Assembly: GCA_963665615.2 (NCBI GenBank)
Contig: CAXXQE010000008.1
Span: 620,001 to 684,000 of the forward strand
DNA from: Syntrophales bacterium
GTDB taxonomy: Bacteria > Desulfobacterota > Syntrophia > Syntrophales > UBA4778
Length of the DNA: 64,000 nt
Direction: 5' to 3'
The first letter of the stretch is position 1; each line of letters opens with the position of its first letter. The translations under genes were made by a program, and so were the position numbers. The notes under the pieces were generated by a model. The model was not told where the DNA came from, ran no database searches, and was given only the letters and a program-made list of their open reading frames with translations. Positions 29,878-42,072 of the stretch are shown piece after piece.

Positions 29878-30621
29878 TCACTCGTTACTCGTCACTGCTG
29901 TTTGATCGACCCGCGCACTGAGTTTCCGGGCCTCAAGCAAATATCTATTAAAAATCCTGGCGATGCCCTCTTTCGCAGGTTTTATTTTGCCTTCTCTGAT
30001 ATCGGCGCAGATCTTGAAAATCTCGGCATCGATGCCGTATTGTTCTGCTACCGCCTGGATCAACGCCGCATTCTCCGCGGGGATTTCGATCCTCTTTAGG
30101 TAAAGCAACGCCCGGAAGATCGAGAAAAACGCCGTGATCGATTCTGAGATCAGGCTGCGGGTCTTCCCCGTGTGGCCGTCCAGTTCGACAAAACGCTCCA
30201 ACAGCAAAAGAGCCTTGGCCTTCAACTCTCGTTCGCATTGAAGGCGCAGGTGCTCCGGTTTAAATTCCAGGTCGGCAAGGACATCCCGGCCAAAGATCAT
30301 CCGATAATGCCGCCGGATGTTCAGGAACTCGATCGGGAAGGTATCGAGGGACGCATCGATATCCTCCGCTGTCATAAAGAGGGGGGTAGCGACCCGGCGT
30401 TTGTGCCATCGGGCCGTCAATGCAGACAGAACCTCGAGTTGCGTGATTCCTTGTTCCGATAAGACCACCAGCATGTTGATGTCCGAACGGTGCCGAACAT
30501 ACTCCCCACGCGCGGCGCTGCCGAAGAGAATGATCGCCGCGAGATCATCTCCGAAGGCCTTTCGATAATCCGCCGCAAACGCATCAAAGATGTCTTCCGG
30601 TTTGTCAGGTATTCTACCCAT
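29878..30621 (-). CDS. Pol-beta-type nucleotidyltransferase domain protein
   Basis: LFGSAARG...SDIN, DTFPIEF, LRLQCERELK. Confidence 0.8.
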   Translation of the reverse strand: MGRIPDKPEDIFDAFAADYRKAFGDDLAAIILFGSAARGEYVRHRSDINMLVVLSEQGITQLEVLSALTARWHKRRVATPLFMTAEDIDASLDTFPIEFLNIRRHYRMIFGRDVLADLEFKPEHLRLQCERELKAKALLLLERFVELDGHTGKTRSLISESITAFFSIFRALLYLKRIEIPAENAALIQAVAEQYGIDAEIFKICADIREGKIKPAKEGIARIFNRYLLEARKLSARVDQTAVTSNE

Positions 30622-30727
30622 ATACTCCTCCGGCGGCTGAAGCCGCGGTCACGAGTCACGAGTCACAAGTGACAAAAAAACTTATTTCGCGTCTATCACT
30701 CGCCACTCTGTTTACTATTTACTGTTT

Positions 30728-31504
30728 TTAATAGCTTCCCCCGGCGCCGCCGCCGCCGCTCGACCCGCCACCGAATCCCCCGAAGCCGCCGCCACCGAAT
30801 CCCCCGAAGCCGCCGCCATACCCCCCACTGCCGCGACCGCCACTCAGCAATAATCCGAGAAGAATCCAGCGTCCCGTTCGTGTGAAGAGCAGAAGAGGGA
30901 GCATCACCAGCAGAAAGATCAGTCCCAGGATGCCCTGACCTTTATTCTGTCTGACGTTTTGAGCGCGTTCGCGCGGCCCAGGCGATTCCGCCGAGCCGAT
31001 ATCGCCTCTCGATACGACCCTGGCAATCGCCAGCATGGGCCTGAAGAGTCCTTCGCCGTAATCCCCGCGGCGAAGGTGGGGAATTGCGTAGCGGTCGCGG
31101 ATTTCGCCAACCAACCCGTCGGGCAGAATCCCCTCTACGCCGTAGCCCGTCTCGATACGGAACTTGCGTTGCTTGACGGCCACAAAGATCAGGACGCCCT
31201 TGTCCTCTCCCTTGCGGCCGATTCCCCAGGTCTGATAGAGGCGATTGACGAAGTCCTCCGGTGAGTTGTCTCCGATATCGGCAAAGGTGGCGACAACGAT
31301 CGCTACGCCGGTCTTCTGCAGCGCCTCTTCAGCCAGCGCACTCATCCGCTGCTGATACTCAGCTGGAATGACGCCGGCAAAATCATTGACCGCACCCGTC
31401 GGCGCAGGGAAGGTTGATTTTTCCTGAGCTGGAAGCGCCCCGGGAAGACAGACCGATAAAACCAGCCATAAACCGATAAGCATGCCAAGTCGGGATGTTT
31501 TCAT
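30728..31504 (-). CDS. TPM-domain (YgcG-like) protein with Gly-rich tail; start uncertain
   Basis: VNDFAGVI, WGIGRKGEDKGVL, RIETGYGVEGILPD, GGGSSGGGGAGGSY. Confidence 0.9.
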   Translation of the reverse strand: MKTSRLGMLIGLWLVLSVCLPGALPAQEKSTFPAPTGAVNDFAGVIPAEYQQRMSALAEEALQKTGVAIVVATFADIGDNSPEDFVNRLYQTWGIGRKGEDKGVLIFVAVKQRKFRIETGYGVEGILPDGLVGEIRDRYAIPHLRRGDYGEGLFRPMLAIARVVSRGDIGSAESPGPRERAQNVRQNKGQGILGLIFLLVMLPLLLFTRTGRWILLGLLLSGGRGSGGYGGGFGGFGGGGFGGFGGGSSGGGGAGGSY

Positions 31505-31689
31505 GGGGCGTATCTTAGGCATCCTGCAACCAAATAGCAAGCCACTTATTGATTTTAATGGATTTTTCAATTCTTTTACGGTATGGCAAATACAGTTATC
31601 CGTCGCCGGTTTTGCTGTATTTTATCGTGAACCGTTAACCGACAGCAGCGGTGTTAGCCGCTGAAAACTTCCTTTGGGAAGGAGGCGTC

Positions 31690-32349
31690 ATGAATAGAAA
31701 ATTATTTCTTGCCCTTTTGTTGATTATATTTACGTTGTGCGCTTCAGGTTGTTCTCTCATGCCTAAAAGCGCCACCCAAAGGACCGGTCCGGATTGTGAA
31801 AAGCAGCTCGGCGAGATGACAGCAGCAAATACCGATCTGCGCCAGTCCCTCGCCAAGACGAATACGGCCCTCCAGGAAAGTGAAAAGACCGTCGCCGATA
31901 AACAGGCCGAAGTGACCAAGCTTCAGGAAGAGAAGGCAGCCCTGTCGGATCAGGTAAAACGCTTGCAGGAGCAGCTGGACAAGGCCAAGCCCGCAGTCGC
32001 CAGCGCTGCCGCTGCCGCTCCGACGCAGCCGACGGGGGTGGTCGAGAAGAAGGAAGCGCAGGCAACGAATGCCGCAGTCGCCAGCAAAGACCTGCGCATC
32101 AAGATTCTGGCCGGTACGACGCAGATGGCCAAGGCGCGGGTTCTGGCGATGAGATTGAAGGCGGCGGGCTATAAGATCGAAAAATTCGACCGGTCGCGCG
32201 CTTTCGATCAGTCGATCGTCTATTATGGCGCCGATCAGGAAAAAGAGGCCGAAACCATCGCCCGTTATCTGGGAAAGAATGTCGAGACCAGGAAAATCTC
32301 CTGGCAGTCGATCTTCAACGTCATTGTGGCCGTCGGCAAGAAGCCGTGA
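31690..32349 (+). CDS. Coiled-coil lipoprotein with LytR_C-like C-terminal domain
   Basis: GGAGG SD, lipobox ASGC, heptad region, SIVYYG...A..IA..LG. Confidence 0.65.
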   Translation: MNRKLFLALLLIIFTLCASGCSLMPKSATQRTGPDCEKQLGEMTAANTDLRQSLAKTNTALQESEKTVADKQAEVTKLQEEKAALSDQVKRLQEQLDKAKPAVASAAAAAPTQPTGVVEKKEAQATNAAVASKDLRIKILAGTTQMAKARVLAMRLKAAGYKIEKFDRSRAFDQSIVYYGADQEKEAETIARYLGKNVETRKISWQSIFNVIVAVGKKP

Positions 32350-32356
32350 GTCTTGT

Positions 32357-33769
32357 ATGAACCTGAACGGTCCCGAACAAATCTTCGACGGCAAGGCCCT
32401 TATCGCGGACCCGATCTATCAATATGCGTGCTTTACGGTTCCCCTCTCAGGGCAGGGCGATGAGACGACGGAAAAGGATCTGATCGATTCCCCGTGGGTT
32501 CAGCGCCTGCGCCGGATCTACCAGCTGCAGAGCGCCCGCTGGGTCTATCCCGCCGCTGAACACAGCCGGTTTCAGCATTCTTTGGGAACAATGCACAACG
32601 CCGGAGAGTTCGGCAAGGAACTCTATCCCAGTCTGGCTGAAGCCTGTCGTAAACTGCCTTCGCTGAACTATGTCGAGGAAATCCTGCGTATTACGGGGCT
32701 TCTCCATGACATCGGCCACGGCCCTTACGGGCACTTCTTCGACGACCATTTCCTGAGGGGGCACCATCTGAACCACGAGCGTCTCGGTCAGAAAATAATC
32801 GTCAGTAAGCTGGCCCCGATTATCGAAGGCATCCGGCGCAGCCCGTCAGGCCCCTTCAAAAAGGGCGAGCTCATTAAGGCCGAGGATGTCGCCTATCTCA
32901 TCAAGATGCCCGAACACGACGACGGGAAAAAGCCGCAGTGGCTCCAGTTCCTGCGCCAGCTCTTCTCAGGCATCTATACCGTCGACAATCTCGACTACGT
33001 CCAGCGCGACGCGTACATGACGGGCTTTTCCCTGGATATCGTGGATATCAAGCGGCTGCGCTACTACACGTTCTTTTCGAAAAGCGGACTGACGCTGCAT
33101 GAGGCCGGTATCTCCGCACTGACCCGCTTTCTCAACGCCCGGCTCAACCTCTACACGAACGTCTATTTCCACCGCACCACCCGCGCGCTCGACCTCCATC
33201 TCCAGGAGATTTTTCAGGAGACGATGTCGTTCTTCTTCCCGCACGATCCATCCAAAAAGCTCGATCCGTATCTACACTGCGACGAGTGGAATCTCTATCA
33301 GACCGTCCAGGGTTGGCTTGACAGCAGGGACCGAGTCAAGAAACGACTTGCCAAGGAATGGGAAAAGCTCCATCAACGCGAAGTGAAGTGGAAGATGTCC
33401 TATTCGACGGAGTTGTCTATCAATCAGGTCCAGAAGGGCGCTACCTTTGCCGGAGCCGACGAGTACGAAGCGAAGATCCGGCAGCACCTCCCCGCCAGAC
33501 TCAAAAACCTGCCCTTCCGTGTGGATCTCGCCACGCAGGATCCCCGCCCGATCAACCCGACGATGGAGGGAGACAAGCGGATCAATATCTACAATCCCGC
33601 CACGGGGCGGACCTCGCCGGAACCCCTGCGGGAGATTTATCGCTTCATTCCCGCGCGCGTCGTTCATTTCCGAGTCTTTTCACACAGCCATGATTACGAT
33701 GAGGCCCTTACGCTCGCTGCAGAAAAAACACTGAGCCACGTCGAGGGGTATGACGAGACAAATCTGTAA
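32357..33769 (+). CDS. HD-domain phosphohydrolase (dNTP triphosphohydrolase-like)
   Basis: QRLRRIYQL, EHSRFQHSLG, LLHDIGHGPYGH, DNLDY..RD, VYFH. Confidence 0.88.
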   Translation: MNLNGPEQIFDGKALIADPIYQYACFTVPLSGQGDETTEKDLIDSPWVQRLRRIYQLQSARWVYPAAEHSRFQHSLGTMHNAGEFGKELYPSLAEACRKLPSLNYVEEILRITGLLHDIGHGPYGHFFDDHFLRGHHLNHERLGQKIIVSKLAPIIEGIRRSPSGPFKKGELIKAEDVAYLIKMPEHDDGKKPQWLQFLRQLFSGIYTVDNLDYVQRDAYMTGFSLDIVDIKRLRYYTFFSKSGLTLHEAGISALTRFLNARLNLYTNVYFHRTTRALDLHLQEIFQETMSFFFPHDPSKKLDPYLHCDEWNLYQTVQGWLDSRDRVKKRLAKEWEKLHQREVKWKMSYSTELSINQVQKGATFAGADEYEAKIRQHLPARLKNLPFRVDLATQDPRPINPTMEGDKRINIYNPATGRTSPEPLREIYRFIPARVVHFRVFSHSHDYDEALTLAAEKTLSHVEGYDETNL

Positions 33770-33961
33770 AAGGCAGCGGCTGACGCCGCAGTGACGAGTA
33801 ACAAGTCACTAGTGACAGGCAGAAAAGAATCCGGTTACTTGCCAAGCGCGGAACGGCGGCGATTTAACAGGGTGAATTGGCAACTTGGTTATAACTGGAC
33901 AGAAAAGAGTAAATGGAGGATTCGGGTTGATGTTGATACCGTGTTTTTGATCGCGTTTAAT

Positions 33962-33993
33962 AAAAAAGGCAGGGCCCATTGCAACCCTGCCTT
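33962..33993 (-). terminator. Intrinsic terminator
   Basis: AAGGCAGGG/CCCTGCCTT hairpin with a 5' A-tract. Confidence 0.7.
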
Positions 33994-34014
33994 CCAATCC
34001 TTTATTCCCTAGAA

Positions 34015-34092
34015 CTACTTATTTTTTTTGGAACTTCTCACACCTGCCAGACCAACAAGGCCGAGGAGAAGCATGGATACGGGTTCGGGGAC
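34015..34092 (-). pseudogene. Orphan PEP-CTERM sorting-signal remnant
   Basis: Translates VPEPVSMLLLGLVGLAGVRSSKKNK*; in-frame TAG about 10 codons upstream, no start codon. Confidence 0.7.
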
Positions 34093-34342
34093 GGAATTAG
34101 CGGTTCCATAAAATTGAAGGGTCTATCGGTCCCCAAGAGGAACGATAGACCCTTCTGAGCAGGTTGACAATCTGGTTCCAGTTAACTCGCCGTGATACTG
34201 CTGCATCTGCCGTGCGACCAGATGCTTTTTCTCTGTCACTCGTCACCCGTTGCAGCGGCGTCAGCCGCTGTAAACTCGGTCTGGTTTTTGGTCGCCTTCT
34301 GTATTATCATGCCCCAACTTTTCGAGGGCTGCACACTGGATC

Positions 34343-36397
34343 ATGACAAAGCGAAGCACAAAAGATTCGACAGACATCACCTTGTTTGTCCGCACATCTA
34401 ACGACGATGTCGTCGAATGGAACCGCCAGCGCATTATCGACGCCCTGATGCTGGAGACCTATGTCGATCAGGATACAGCGGAGGCGGTCAGCATAGAAGT
34501 TGAAAGGCAGATCGTTGCCTCGGGAATCGGCACCCTGACAGCCCCCCTTATTCGCGAACTCGTCAACGCGAAGCTCATCGAACGGGGACTTGAAGAGGCC
34601 CGCCGGATGCATACCCGTCTCGGCTTTCCGATTTTCGATATTGGTCACCTGATCGTTCATCAGAACAAGGAAAGTGCCAATACCCCCCACTGGCCGGAGG
34701 GGACGAATCTGACCCTGGCCAACGGCATCAAGCGGGAATACGCCCTGCACAATGTCTTTTCTCAAGAGGTGGCGGACGCTCACCTGTCCGGCGACCTGCA
34801 CCTGCACGACCTGGGTTATATCGACCGGCCGTATCGATCCTCTCAGTCCTTGGAATACATAAAAAAATTCGGGCTTAACCTGCCAAATATTCCGTCCTTT
34901 GCCAATCCGGCTCGCCACGCCGAGGTGCTCCTGGCGCACATGGTACGGTTCAGCGCTGTTCTTCAGGGGAACTTCTCCGGCTTCATCGTCTGGGAGGCCC
35001 TGAATATCTCGTTTGCCCCTTATTTGACGAACATGAATGAGGCGGCGGTCGATCAGCTTGCCCAGTTGCTGGTTTATGAACTGTCTCAACTGGCCTTTGC
35101 CCGGGGGGGGCAGGTCATGTCAACGAGCATCGGACTTTACTGGGAAATCCCGAACCATTTAGCCAAGACCCCCGCTATCGGTCCGGGCGGAGAGCCGACG
35201 GGAAAAAACTATGGGGACTATGCCGCAGAATCCCGGCGTTTTGCGCAAGCGATTCTCAACACCTTTCTCGCAGGGGATGCGACGGGTCGGCCCTTCTCTT
35301 TTCCAAGGCCGTACCTCCACATTACGGAGAAGTTCTTTCAGACCCCCGGCCATGAGGATTTTCTCAAGCTTGCCTGTACCGTCGCTGCGGAGAAGGGGAA
35401 CCCTTTTTTCGTCTTCGATCGCACCGCCGTCGGCAAATCGGAACAGGAGGATGCGAAAACGCCCTGGCGGATGCGCTCCGCAGCCATGCACCGGGTGACC
35501 CTGAATTTGCCGCGTTTGGGTTATCAGGCGCAGGGGGACGACGCGGGGCTCTTCTCCAAACTCACGGCATTGATGGACCTGGCGGCGCAGGCCCACAACC
35601 AGAAGAAAAAATACATTGATGATCTGATGGCCTATGGCAACAAGGGGCCGCTGTCCTTTCTGCTCATCGAACAGGACGGGCTTCCCTATCTGAGGCCGGA
35701 TCGGCTCTCCTATCTGATCAGCATGGTCGGCTTAAACGAACTGGTCCGGATTCACAAGCAGACCTCCTTCGGCGAGACCGAGGAAGGCCTGGCCTTCGGG
35801 CTTAAGGTCGTTCAGCATATGAAGACGATGGCCGATAAGCTCGGCAAGAAGTATGGCATGACCTTTTCGCTGGCACAGACGCCGGCAGAGACGACCGCCT
35901 ACCGCTTCGCCAAGCTGGACCTGAAACAATTTTCCCCGTCCTCCGGCCGTTATGTCAAAGGGAATCTGATCAACGGGGGGATTTACTATACCAACTCAAC
36001 CTTTATGGACGTTTCAAAGCCCATGCCCCCGTTGGAGCGGATTGCAAAAGAGGGAGCCCTCCATCCCTATCTCACCGGGGGGGCTATGACCCAGATCTGG
36101 ACGGGCGACAGCACGCCCTTGCCGCACCGCTTGGCAGAGATCGTTGCCGCGACTTATCGAGAGACACGAAATGCCCAGATCACTTTTTCCCCCGAGTTTA
36201 CTGTTTGCGGGGATTGCCGCCGCGCCGCCAAGGGGCTCCACCAGAGCTGCATCTTTTGCGGCTCCGACCGGGTGGACGGTATCACCAAGATCACCGGTTA
36301 CTATGCCCGCGTCTCCAGCTTGAACCGGGGCAAGATCTCCGAGTTGCTTGACCTGTACCGGAACCAGGACGCCTTCCGGGAAGGCGTTATCGAATAG
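34343..36397 (+). CDS. Class III ribonucleotide reductase (NrdD)-like protein lacking catalytic cysteines
   Basis: ATP-cone, LHLHDL, QTPAETTAYRFA, YYTNS, Zn site CGDC/CIFC, Gly loop ITKITGY. Confidence 0.85.
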   Translation: MTKRSTKDSTDITLFVRTSNDDVVEWNRQRIIDALMLETYVDQDTAEAVSIEVERQIVASGIGTLTAPLIRELVNAKLIERGLEEARRMHTRLGFPIFDIGHLIVHQNKESANTPHWPEGTNLTLANGIKREYALHNVFSQEVADAHLSGDLHLHDLGYIDRPYRSSQSLEYIKKFGLNLPNIPSFANPARHAEVLLAHMVRFSAVLQGNFSGFIVWEALNISFAPYLTNMNEAAVDQLAQLLVYELSQLAFARGGQVMSTSIGLYWEIPNHLAKTPAIGPGGEPTGKNYGDYAAESRRFAQAILNTFLAGDATGRPFSFPRPYLHITEKFFQTPGHEDFLKLACTVAAEKGNPFFVFDRTAVGKSEQEDAKTPWRMRSAAMHRVTLNLPRLGYQAQGDDAGLFSKLTALMDLAAQAHNQKKKYIDDLMAYGNKGPLSFLLIEQDGLPYLRPDRLSYLISMVGLNELVRIHKQTSFGETEEGLAFGLKVVQHMKTMADKLGKKYGMTFSLAQTPAETTAYRFAKLDLKQFSPSSGRYVKGNLINGGIYYTNSTFMDVSKPMPPLERIAKEGALHPYLTGGAMTQIWTGDSTPLPHRLAEIVAATYRETRNAQITFSPEFTVCGDCRRAAKGLHQSCIFCGSDRVDGITKITGYYARVSSLNRGKISELLDLYRNQDAFREGVIE

Positions 36398-36537
36398 AGC
36401 CCCTGTCCCTCTTACTGTCTCATATTTATTCGAAAATATGTGCGGCCTGCCTTGACATCGACGGGACCGATAAATATATTAGCCAGCGAACGGGCAATTT
36501 CAAAAAATACAATAAGTTAAATATCATAGGGTGACTG

Positions 36538-37131
36538 ATGGAAGACATTGATGACATTATCCTTCGCATTTTCAAGGAGAGCATCCATATGAAGGAGGTT
36601 TTCATCAATGAAAACCTCGGGAAGATCAATCGGGTGATCCAGGCGATTACCAACGCCCTGATGAACGGCAATAAAATTTTGCTCTTCGGCAACGGTGGCA
36701 GTGCCGCCGATGCCCAGCATCTGGCCGCGGAGTTTGTTAACCGCTTTCTGATCGAGCGGCCCCCTCTGCCGGCCATTGCCCTGACCACCGACACGTCGGT
36801 GTTGACGAGTATAGGAAACGATTACGATTTTTCCGATATCTTCGCCAAGCAGATCCGGGCACTCGGTGCGCCCGGCGACATCGCCTGGGGCATAAGCACG
36901 AGCGGCAATTCTCCAAACGTCATCAAGGGACTGGAGATGGCCCAGAAAAAGGGGATGGTGACGATCGGCATGACGGGGCGCGATGGTGGTCCGATCGCGA
37001 AGATGGTCGATCATTCCCTCAATGTTTCGTCCAACAGTACGCCCCGGATTCAAGAAGTGCACATAACCGTCGGCCATGTCATTTGCGAGCTGATCGATTT
37101 CAAGTTGTTCCAGAAGCCGAACGAAAAATAG
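36538..37131 (+). CDS. gmhA: D-sedoheptulose-7-phosphate isomerase
   Basis: GNGGSAADAQHLAAE, ISTSGNS, TPRIQEVH. Confidence 0.95.
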   Translation: MEDIDDIILRIFKESIHMKEVFINENLGKINRVIQAITNALMNGNKILLFGNGGSAADAQHLAAEFVNRFLIERPPLPAIALTTDTSVLTSIGNDYDFSDIFAKQIRALGAPGDIAWGISTSGNSPNVIKGLEMAQKKGMVTIGMTGRDGGPIAKMVDHSLNVSSNSTPRIQEVHITVGHVICELIDFKLFQKPNEK

Positions 37132-37167
37132 CCGTATCCGCGGCAACCTGGAAAGAGGAAGGATTCA

Positions 37168-37734
37168 ATGACCAAGCACAAGAAGGAAGAAGCTGCCCAC
37201 CATCCGGAAGGCGTGGCCCCGGAGGCAGCGTCAACCGGCACGTCCGAGACCACCGGCGAAATGGACGCCCTCCGGGATAAGCTGGCGGAAAAGGAAAAAG
37301 AGGCCGCTGCCAATTACGATAAATATGTCCGGGCCCTGGCGGAACTCGAGAACTATAAGAGATTCGCGGCGCGGGAAAAGGCGGATTTGCTCAAATTCGG
37401 CAGCGAGAATATCGTGAAGGACATCATCCCCTGCCTCGATAATCTGGATCGGGCGCTCGACCACGTCGACAAGACACAGGATGTCGAAAAGCTCGTGGAC
37501 GGCCTCAGGATGATTCAGGATCAGATCCTGTGCTGTCTCGGGAAGCACGGCGTTCAGAAGATTGAATGCGTCGGCCAGGAATTCGATCCGAATCTGCATG
37601 AAGCCATTCATAGCGTCGAAACGGACGAGCATGAGGAGAACAAGGTTCTCAACGAATACCAGAAGGGGTATCTGCTCAATAACCGGCTGCTGAAGGCCGC
37701 CAAGGTTTCCGTGTCAAAACGAAAAAAGGAATAA
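37168..37734 (+). CDS. grpE: Nucleotide exchange factor GrpE
   Basis: RALAELENY, FDPNLHEA, KGYLLNNRLL. Confidence 0.95.
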   Translation: MTKHKKEEAAHHPEGVAPEAASTGTSETTGEMDALRDKLAEKEKEAAANYDKYVRALAELENYKRFAAREKADLLKFGSENIVKDIIPCLDNLDRALDHVDKTQDVEKLVDGLRMIQDQILCCLGKHGVQKIECVGQEFDPNLHEAIHSVETDEHEENKVLNEYQKGYLLNNRLLKAAKVSVSKRKKE

Positions 37735-37779
37735 TCATCTTTATAAAATTTTTCTGACAAAGAAGGAGGTTCACATACC

Positions 37780-39699
<1,920 letters not shown>

Positions 39700-39736
39700 A
39701 AAGACAGTTACGAGTGACAAGTTACAAGTAACGAGT

Positions 39737-39768
39737 GGGGGGGAGGCGGAAACGCCTCCCCTTTTTTA
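39737..39768 (+). terminator. dnaK terminator
   Basis: GGGGAGGCG-GAAA-CGCCTCCCC-T6. Confidence 0.85.
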
Positions 39769-39850
39769 TGCCCCCTCGCGTTGACAGGTGACAGTCGGGC
39801 GGTTAATATAGTCATGATTGAAGATACAAACGATCACAGAAAGGACAGCC

Positions 39851-40621
39851 ATGCATTTCCTGTTAACCAATGATGACGGCATTTACGCCAAGGGACTGAG
39901 CGCGCTTTATCAGGAGCTGTCGAAGGTCGCCGAGTGCACGATCGTCGCACCGGAAACGGAACAGAGCGCCGTCGGGCACGCCATCACCATCTCGCGGCCC
40001 CTCATAGTCAAACAGGCCAACAAGGACGGCCGGTTCTGGGGACATGCGGTTACAGGAACGCCCGCGGACTGCGTCAAACTCGGGATCAAGGCCCTGGCAG
40101 AAAAGTCCGTGGATCTGGTCGTCTCGGGGATCAACCTCGGGGCCAATGTGGGCACCAACGTGATCTATTCGGGCACGGTCTCCGCCGCGACAGAAGGTGC
40201 GATCATGGGCGTGCCGGCCATGGCGATCTCACTGGACAGCCATCAGCGGGGCAGCGATTTTTCCTTTGCGGCGCGGATTGCCGCGAAGATGGCGCATTTC
40301 ATGCTGAAGGACAATCCCCTGTTGAATATCCCGCTCAATATCAATATCCCGGCGATACCGGAGAAGGAGATCAAAGGCATCGTCGTGGCCCGGCAGGGCA
40401 GTGCGCGGCTCATGGAAAGCTTTGAAAGGCGCATCGGTCCGCGGGACAATGTCTATTACTGGCTGGCCGGGGAAACTCAGATTCCCGATCCGGAAGATAA
40501 AGACAGCGATGGTGCGGCCTTGAAGAGGGGGTTTATTACCGTGACGCCGATTCATTACAACCTGACGCGGTGTGACGCGTTCGAGGCGTTGAACGTGAAG
40601 CTGCGGCAGGTGTTCGGGTGA
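39851..40621 (+). CDS. surE: 5'/3'-nucleotidase SurE
   Basis: LLTNDDG, GTPADCV, SGINLGAN, YSGTVSAA. Confidence 0.95.
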   Translation: MHFLLTNDDGIYAKGLSALYQELSKVAECTIVAPETEQSAVGHAITISRPLIVKQANKDGRFWGHAVTGTPADCVKLGIKALAEKSVDLVVSGINLGANVGTNVIYSGTVSAATEGAIMGVPAMAISLDSHQRGSDFSFAARIAAKMAHFMLKDNPLLNIPLNINIPAIPEKEIKGIVVARQGSARLMESFERRIGPRDNVYYWLAGETQIPDPEDKDSDGAALKRGFITVTPIHYNLTRCDAFEALNVKLRQVFG

Positions 40622-40883
40622 ACAAATAGTGACGTGTAACGCGTGACAAGCTACAGGCGGAGAAATTGCTTTCGCCTACTTGTCAATCGTTTTGCATGCG
40701 TCTGAAAGCTGAAGATTATTTATTATACCTTTCTTTTGTCCGGAGAGGGAGAGCCATTACGCCTTTCCTTCCTCCCTCCAGGGTCCCGCCGCCATGTCGA
40801 GATGAATAAGCCATACATTATTAATTTGACCGGTTTTCATTGTTAGTATATAGGTGCCTCCAATTACTGTAAAATGGAGGGAT

Positions 40884-42047
40884 ATGGTGAAGAAAACTCA
40901 TTGGTTTTTAGTGTGCGCCCTTGTAATTGTCTCATTCTTCCCGGCCAGCGTCTTCGCCAGTGAAGCCGCCGTCGATGGCTTGCGCCAGGTTCAACAGTAC
41001 AATTTTTCAATTCATATCCTGGCCATGCTTCTCGTTGGTTTTGGGTTCCTGATGGTGTTCGTGAAGAACTATGGTTACAGCGCCACGACAGGAACTTACC
41101 TTGTTGTGGCGGTCGGCTTGCCGTTATACATGCTTCTTCGCTCTACGGGTGCGTTGTCATCCGAGGCTTTTCCGGCGGCCACCATCAAGTCGCTTCTCTT
41201 CGCCGAATTCGCCGTCGCTGCCGCCCTCATCGCAATGGGTGCAGTGCTCGGCAGGCTCAAACTTCACCAGTATGTGCTTCTTACCCTCGTCATCGTTCCT
41301 GCTTACATGATCAATGAATGGCTTGTTCTGGACGGAGGGCTCGGGATAACCAAAGGTTTTCAGGATTCGGCCGGCTCGATCATCATACACGCTTTCGGCG
41401 CGTATTTCGGGCTTGGCCTCGCGATGGCATTCACGCAAAGGGAACATCTGAAAACTGCTGTTGAAAGCGATGACACATCTGACCGTTTTTCGATGGTTGG
41501 GTCCATGGTGTTGTGGCTCTTCTGGCCGAGCTTCTGTAGTGCGGTAGTGCCACCCGATCAGTTTCAACAGACAGTTGTCAATACCGTCCTGTCCCTTTGC
41601 GGCGCAACGGTCATGACATATATCCTGAGCGCAGCCCTGAGAAAAGGCAAGCCCGCCATAGCTGATATGGCAAACGCTGCATTGGCCGGCGGCGTTGCAG
41701 TCGGCGCATCGTGCAATCTTGTAACGGCGCCTGTTGCCTTCGTGATTGGACTTCTTGCCGGTGCTCTGTGTGTGGTTGGCTATGTTATAGTCCAGCCGAG
41801 ACTTCAGGTCATGCTTCGGATTGTTGATACCTGCGGCGTGCATAATCTGCACGGCATGCCAGGTGTTCTTGGTGGTCTGGTCGCGATATTTTTCGTTCCC
41901 GGCATAATGACAGCACAGCTAACCGGCATTGTGGTAACGATAATCTTTGCCTATGCCTGTGGTGCCGGTGGTGGATGTATAATAAAGATGTTCGGCAAAA
42001 AAGCCATGGTCTATGAGGATAAGGACGAGTTTGACTCCGCCGCATAG
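40884..42047 (+). CDS. Amt/Rh-family transporter, Rh50-like
   Basis: ILAMLLVGFGFLMVF, DSAGSIIIHAFGAYFGL, LWLFWPSF, DTCGVHNLHGMPG. Confidence 0.88.
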   Translation: MVKKTHWFLVCALVIVSFFPASVFASEAAVDGLRQVQQYNFSIHILAMLLVGFGFLMVFVKNYGYSATTGTYLVVAVGLPLYMLLRSTGALSSEAFPAATIKSLLFAEFAVAAALIAMGAVLGRLKLHQYVLLTLVIVPAYMINEWLVLDGGLGITKGFQDSAGSIIIHAFGAYFGLGLAMAFTQREHLKTAVESDDTSDRFSMVGSMVLWLFWPSFCSAVVPPDQFQQTVVNTVLSLCGATVMTYILSAALRKGKPAIADMANAALAGGVAVGASCNLVTAPVAFVIGLLAGALCVVGYVIVQPRLQVMLRIVDTCGVHNLHGMPGVLGGLVAIFFVPGIMTAQLTGIVVTIIFAYACGAGGGCIIKMFGKKAMVYEDKDEFDSAA

Positions 42048-42072
42048 ATCTAGAAAACATATTTCCTTGGGA

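Noticed and set aside
28678..33977. Shared 19-mer AATAAAAAAGGCAGGGCCC at two sites as a mobile-element direct repeat
   Set aside because: Both copies are arms of ordinary terminators; no integrase and the enclosed genes are housekeeping
36400..37779. CIRCE/HrcA element for grpE-dnaK
   Set aside because: No TTAGCACTC-N9-GAGTGCTAA seen
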